Positions 59,771-64,000 of a stretch of DNA of 64,000 nt are shown one piece after another. Below the pieces are notes generated by a model. That model did not search any database and was not told the origin of the DNA. It worked only from the letters and a program-made list of their open reading frames with translations. This DNA comes from Polyangia bacterium (GTDB taxonomy: Bacteria; Myxococcota_A; Polyangia; Nannocystales; Nannocystaceae). The position numbers and the translations under genes were made by a program. Position 1 is the first letter of the stretch, and each line of letters begins with the position of its first letter. The DNA is taken from positions 275,599 through 339,598 of the forward strand of contig JAUIFF010000001.1 of NCBI GenBank assembly GCA_030429545.1. Direction: 5' to 3'.

Positions 59771-60535
59771 TCAGCAGCGCCCAGCATCTGGAAGCCACTC
59801 ATAGGCGTTTCGCAACGCAGCCGCAGCGTTGGTTTCGAGCGGGTCTCCGTGGCCGACGACGAGGCGCTCTATCGGCAGTTGGAGAATTCTGTGGATCGAG
59901 TTCGCGGCAGCTTGTTTGTCAGAAAACGATGTCCAACGGATGACCCGGCTCAGCGCGACCTGTCCGTAAAAACCCATGGCAGAGGCGTAGAACTTGGTCC
60001 ACGCACCAGCGGGGTGGCCGATATTGTGCACAAGATCGGCGACGATCAGGGTTTTTTGTGGTCGGTAGAATAGGGCCGCTTCTTCGAGGCGAAATCCATC
60101 TACCGTGATTTCTTCGAGCCAGTCGCCAAAGTCAGGCTCGGGAGCCGACCCATGGAGGCGAGCGATCGATAGCTCGGGACGTTTTTTTTGCAGACCCGCG
60201 GGGGCGTGGAGTTTGGCCTGGGGAAATGCGGCGAGCCACCCGTCGATCCACATATGGTGAAAAGTGTTGGGTGCATAGATGTGCGCGACAGGCCCAAGGG
60301 CGGCAACCGCAGCCTGGCGCTCGGGAGTGAGGGGAACGGGCGAGTGTACAAGCAAGTTTCCCCGGGGTAGGCGGACGACCGACATCGTCGCGGTCAGGCC
60401 CATGCCGAGGATGCGAACCGGGGCGCAGTCGAGCCAGATACCGTCGGCAAAGGGGACAGGTTGCTTTGTGACGCGCATGGGTAGCTCCGGCCTTACAAGC
60501 CGAGTCATGCTCTCCCATTCGTCGTGCAAATGCAA
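59771..60535 (-). CDS. Hypothetical protein, possibly metallo-beta-lactamase-fold (DUF4336-like)
   Basis: 254-aa ORF with His-rich motifs (HIYAPNTFHHMW, VVGHGDP). Confidence 0.4.
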   Translation of the reverse strand: MHLHDEWESMTRLVRPELPMRVTKQPVPFADGIWLDCAPVRILGMGLTATMSVVRLPRGNLLVHSPVPLTPERQAAVAALGPVAHIYAPNTFHHMWIDGWLAAFPQAKLHAPAGLQKKRPELSIARLHGSAPEPDFGDWLEEITVDGFRLEEAALFYRPQKTLIVADLVHNIGHPAGAWTKFYASAMGFYGQVALSRVIRWTSFSDKQAAANSIHRILQLPIERLVVGHGDPLETNAAAALRNAYEWLPDAGRC

Positions 60536-60576
60536 GCAAACTCGCCGCTGCGCTCCCGTTCAGCTATCCGGCCAGC

Positions 60577-61908
60577 CTACAGGCACAGGTAGATGTGATA
60601 GCGTTTTGAAGCTTGCTGGCCATTTCGACAAAACGCGTACCCATTGCCGCCCGGTGATCCCAGCGACTGTAGTGAGCCCGGTTCGGCATAGTGCGCCCAA
60701 CAACCCGGACTGTTGGAGTCCTGAAGAATCAGGATATCGTTGTAGGTCAGGTTGGGAAACAGTTGCGTCGCCTCGTTTTGCCAGTAGTTTTGCGAGTCTG
60801 CATAAACTTGGTATTGCGGCAGCGAATAGGTTTGCCCGGTGTTTTTCCAGGAACCTACATAGTTTGTCGTGTTAAACAGTTGACACGTTGCCGACCAATC
60901 AGCCTGTTGGCCGAGCCCTGGGTTGAGGCGGTCGCGAATCACAATGGTCATGTTGTTGCCCCACTCACCCCAGTTGTGTGTGGTTGCATATACAGTATGC
61001 CCGCCGGCACTCATGTCACAGTAGACCTCATAGGGCTCGTTGCCTTCATTTCCGTCGGGGTCAATCGTGTACATGCCGTTTGGCGTGTTCGGGTCGTTGG
61101 CGAGGATGTCAGCGCAATAGGCGGCATAGCCGTCACATTGATCGGAGCAACTGCCCCCGTCACAAAACTCGACTCCCTCGTGGACGTAGCCATCGCCGCA
61201 GGTCGCAAGTAGGCACTCCGCCACGCACTCATCTGTGTTTTCTTCGTTCCCGTCGTCACACTCCTCACCCGCGGACAGGTTGAGGATGGCGTCGCCACAG
61301 GCTGCAAGCGAGCAGTCACTGTTGCACTCCGCTGACTCTCCCATATCGTCGCAGGCCTCGACGTCTGCTTGAATCTGTCCATCCCCACAGGTTGCGGCGA
61401 CACAGCTGGTGAGGCAGGCATCGCTGTCGTCGTCATTGCCGTCGTCACACTCCTCGTCGCCATTGGTGACCCCGTCGCCACACACCGGCAGACTGCAGGT
61501 GTTGGTGCAGGCGTCGTCGTCGACTTCGTTACCGTCGTCACACTCTTCTCCGTCATCGACGACCCCATCGCCGCACGACGGCGGTGGCTCGTCGGTGTCC
61601 GATGTCGGGTCGGTGTCTGTCGGGTCGGTGTCGGTCGGGTCGGTGTCTGTGGAGTCGGTATCGCTTGGGTCTGCGGTCGTCTCGGTTGGCGACTCGGTTT
61701 CACTTCCACCATCGGTGTCGGTCTCGGAGTCCGGACCTTCCGTCGTTTCGTCGACTGTAGTCATGCTGTCGGTGGTGTTCACCGTTGTCGGTGTCACGCT
61801 CGTCATGGTGTCCGAGCCACGGGAATCAGAGGAATCGCCGGCACAGCCAGTTGTTATGCATGCAATTACAATTGTTGTCAGTGTTGAAGTCTTCATCATC
61901 ATATCCAT
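60577..61908 (-). CDS. Secreted lipoprotein with four Myxococcus cysteine-rich repeats and a C-terminal fibrinogen-related domain
   Basis: IACITTGC lipobox. Thr/Asp linker ([27 protein letters not shown]). Four repeats of CGDG...EECDDGN...C. C-terminus [15 protein letters not shown]... (fibrinogen C-domain VYCDM...GGWTV pattern). Confidence 0.7.
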   Translation of the reverse strand: MDMMMKTSTLTTIVIACITTGCAGDSSDSRGSDTMTSVTPTTVNTTDSMTTVDETTEGPDSETDTDGGSETESPTETTADPSDTDSTDTDPTDTDPTDTDPTSDTDEPPPSCGDGVVDDGEECDDGNEVDDDACTNTCSLPVCGDGVTNGDEECDDGNDDDSDACLTSCVAATCGDGQIQADVEACDDMGESAECNSDCSLAACGDAILNLSAGEECDDGNEENTDECVAECLLATCGDGYVHEGVEFCDGGSCSDQCDGYAAYCADILANDPNTPNGMYTIDPDGNEGNEPYEVYCDMSAGGHTVYATTHNWGEWGNNMTIVIRDRLNPGLGQQADWSATCQLFNTTNYVGSWKNTGQTYSLPQYQVYADSQNYWQNEATQLFPNLTYNDILILQDSNSPGCWAHYAEPGSLQSLGSPGGNGYAFCRNGQQASKRYHIYLCL

Positions 61909-61997
61909 GTGTTGTTTGGGGTCGACAACTGCGGCGAAGCCGATCCTCGAGAGTTTGTTAGCAAACGACCAGTGAGCCCACCTCGGGAGCCCACGTC

Positions 61998-62480
61998 CTA
62001 GCCCGGATCGACCTCTAGCGCGATTGAGGTTTCAACGGGGGGTCCGTCGTAGGTCGGAAACTGAGCCTTGGCCACCGCCTCGCGAAAGCAGTTGACGAGT
62101 TTCTTGCGTTTCATCAGCTCGTCAGGGCCACTAGCATTGACCCCAAGTGGCTTGTTCTCGCGCGGGTTGAGGCGAACCGCGAGTTCGAGTTCGCCTTCGA
62201 TCCGCGCATCGTTGCCGGTGCGTTCCTTGGCAGTTGCGACGCACGCGTCCATCGAGCCATAGGCCGACTCAAACGCCTGCTGAATCATATCTTCATTGGG
62301 ACGCTCACTACCGACACTCATAATGTCGAAATTGAGCTCACTCGGGTCAAATTCGGCAACATTAGCCTGACTGACCTTTCGGATATGTCGTCCCTTACCC
62401 TCGGCGGGTTTCATGTTGCATGCCGCGGTTACGAGTGCGAGCATACCGAGCGCCACGAGCCCATTCGATCGAAACTTCAT
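61998..62480 (-). CDS. Putative lipoprotein
   Basis: LALVTAAC lipobox. 160 aa. Confidence 0.5.
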   Translation of the reverse strand: MKFRSNGLVALGMLALVTAACNMKPAEGKGRHIRKVSQANVAEFDPSELNFDIMSVGSERPNEDMIQQAFESAYGSMDACVATAKERTGNDARIEGELELAVRLNPRENKPLGVNASGPDELMKRKKLVNCFREAVAKAQFPTYDGPPVETSIALEVDPG

Positions 62481-62564
62481 CGCCTATCGTCCTTATCCGT
62501 CGCGCTACTGTGAGCCGCGACGACGGTAGTATGCACCGGCCGAGCTGGCGAACTCAAGTCCAAC

Positions 62565-63755
62565 ATGGATGCAATTACCAGTAAGATGTCTCAAGGGTCA
62601 TGCTCGGAAGTCGCGTTGTTTCCCGAGGTGTCGGCCCAGTGTCCGGCCTGTAGGTTGCACGCTCTGGTGTCGATTCAGCTCGTGCAGACCGACGGTGGAA
62701 ACTGGATTCAGATCGAGCACGCTGCGACGGATGACCCGCTTACACTCGATACCTGTCCGATCTGTTTTGGTGCGTGGTTCGACCGGGGAGAGCTCGCTGC
62801 AATCGGCGACATCGAAGTCGACCAGCAAACGGCCCCGCCATCCAGTAAGGAGGTGAGCTTTCGTACATGTCCTCGTGGACATGGGTTGATGCAGTCGTTA
62901 CAGATGCCGGGCGTGCTACGCACCCCGATTGAGCGTTGTCGCACCTGCGAGGGCGTGTGGCTCGATGGCCACGAGCGGCGCAAGTTGGCACTCGCCTCAA
63001 CGCGTGAAGGGCAGGGGCCGCGTAGCCGGCAACTGGCGCGGCGCGGCGTGATCTGGGCACTTCAGCTCGTTACCCAACTACCGGTTGAAGTCGAAAACCC
63101 GGAGCGTGGGACGCCCTGGATTGTCTATTGTCTGGTGGGCCTGTTGTTGGCCGGGTTTCTACTTTCGGTCGCCGGGGTGTTCTTGTATCGCAACTGGGCA
63201 CTTATCGGAGGGCGATTTGCCATCAACCCGGTGCATACCGTCCACACGTTTGTGACCTATCAGTTTTTTCATGCCAACTGGTTGCACCTGCTCGGCAACG
63301 CCTATTTCTTGTATTTGTTTGGCGACAATATCGAGTACCTGTTTGGGCGCCTGCGATTTGTCCTGTTGTTTGTCGGTGCGGGACTTGTGGGTGGGCTCCT
63401 CCATGTCGCCCTGAGTTCAGCCACGGCCACGCCGGTGATTGGCGCCTCCGGGGCGATTGCCGGGGTGATGGCAGCCTACTTGTGGAGTTTTCCAAATGTC
63501 CGGCTGTTTCAGGTCATCCCATTTACGCCCATACAGGTCAAGATCCCCGCGTGGGTCTACCTGATTGTTTGGGTGGTCTTTCAAGCAATCATGGCAGTGT
63601 TTTCGACGGCGCTGTCGTTTGCTTGGTACTCCCATTTGGGTGGGTTCGCGTTTGGTCTGCTGCTGACCCCATGGGTGTTGCGGTGGCGTCGACGACAGGT
63701 GGCTCGCGCTGTTGAGGTGCCGGCACACACAGGGACTTCGATGCTCGGCGTTTAA
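62565..63755 (+). CDS. Rhomboid-family intramembrane serine protease with N-terminal double zinc-ribbon
   Basis: CPACRLH...CPICFGAWFDRGEL and CPRGHG...CRTCEGVWLDG (zf-ribbons). In the TM core, GASGAIAGVMAAY (GxSG catalytic Ser) and WYSHLGGFAFGLLL (catalytic His). Confidence 0.85.
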   Translation: MDAITSKMSQGSCSEVALFPEVSAQCPACRLHALVSIQLVQTDGGNWIQIEHAATDDPLTLDTCPICFGAWFDRGELAAIGDIEVDQQTAPPSSKEVSFRTCPRGHGLMQSLQMPGVLRTPIERCRTCEGVWLDGHERRKLALASTREGQGPRSRQLARRGVIWALQLVTQLPVEVENPERGTPWIVYCLVGLLLAGFLLSVAGVFLYRNWALIGGRFAINPVHTVHTFVTYQFFHANWLHLLGNAYFLYLFGDNIEYLFGRLRFVLLFVGAGLVGGLLHVALSSATATPVIGASGAIAGVMAAYLWSFPNVRLFQVIPFTPIQVKIPAWVYLIVWVVFQAIMAVFSTALSFAWYSHLGGFAFGLLLTPWVLRWRRRQVARAVEVPAHTGTSMLGV

Positions 63756-63839
63756 CCGGCATCGGTGTTCCCCTGGGTTTCGCGTTGGCCACCGACGCTG
63801 ACAGAGTTGCCAATACAAGATAAATTCGTTAGCGTGGGC

Positions 63840-64000
63840 CATGGCCTTCAACCCCGAACTCGCCAACCGCCTCCGCGACCTATTTGGCGCCGACCCGCAG
63901 GTGTACGAACTCAAGATGTTTGGCGGGTTGGCGTTTATGCATCGCGGGCACATGTGTTGCGGTGTGCTGGCCGATGAATTGATGGTGCGAGTTGGTGCCG
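63840..64000 (+). CDS. TfoX N-terminal-domain protein (partial, runs off the window end)
   Basis: MAFNPELANRLRDLFGADPQVYELKMFGGLAFMHRGHMCCGVL matches the TfoX_N pattern (K-MFGG-a-fy-G-mf). Confidence 0.45.

Overview
High-G+C (about two-thirds G+C by eye) bacterial chromosomal window. It is almost certainly from a myxobacterium. The evidence is a MYXO-CTERM-type tail (GCGC...hydrophobic...RRRR) on a 1283-aa metalloprotease, Myxococcus cysteine-rich repeats ([11 protein letters not shown]) in a lipoprotein, and many lipoproteins with Thr/Ser/Asp-rich linkers. The window mixes housekeeping genes (leuS, purL-purQ, gluQ) with a large accessory content. The accessory genes include a mevalonate-pathway plus squalene (hpnCDE) operon, an asparaginase-ankyrin fusion, a nitrilase, a D-aminoacylase, paralogous secreted lipoprotein pairs and a PA-domain M36-like metalloprotease. 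The two most notable items sit side by side. One is an 847-aa protein that reads as a bacterial homolog of the eukaryotic Major Vault Protein (30722-33265). The other, immediately downstream, is a two-gene island of visibly lower G+C (33378-35118). It encodes an AAA_21/ABC-type ATPase and a small TOPRIM-like (DUF4276/AbiLii-like) protein, an architecture typical of abortive-infection/anti-phage modules (AbiL/PARIS/OLD-like). I saw no CRISPR array, rRNA or confident tRNA. All calls come from reading the translations and nucleotide patterns by eye; no database searches were run.
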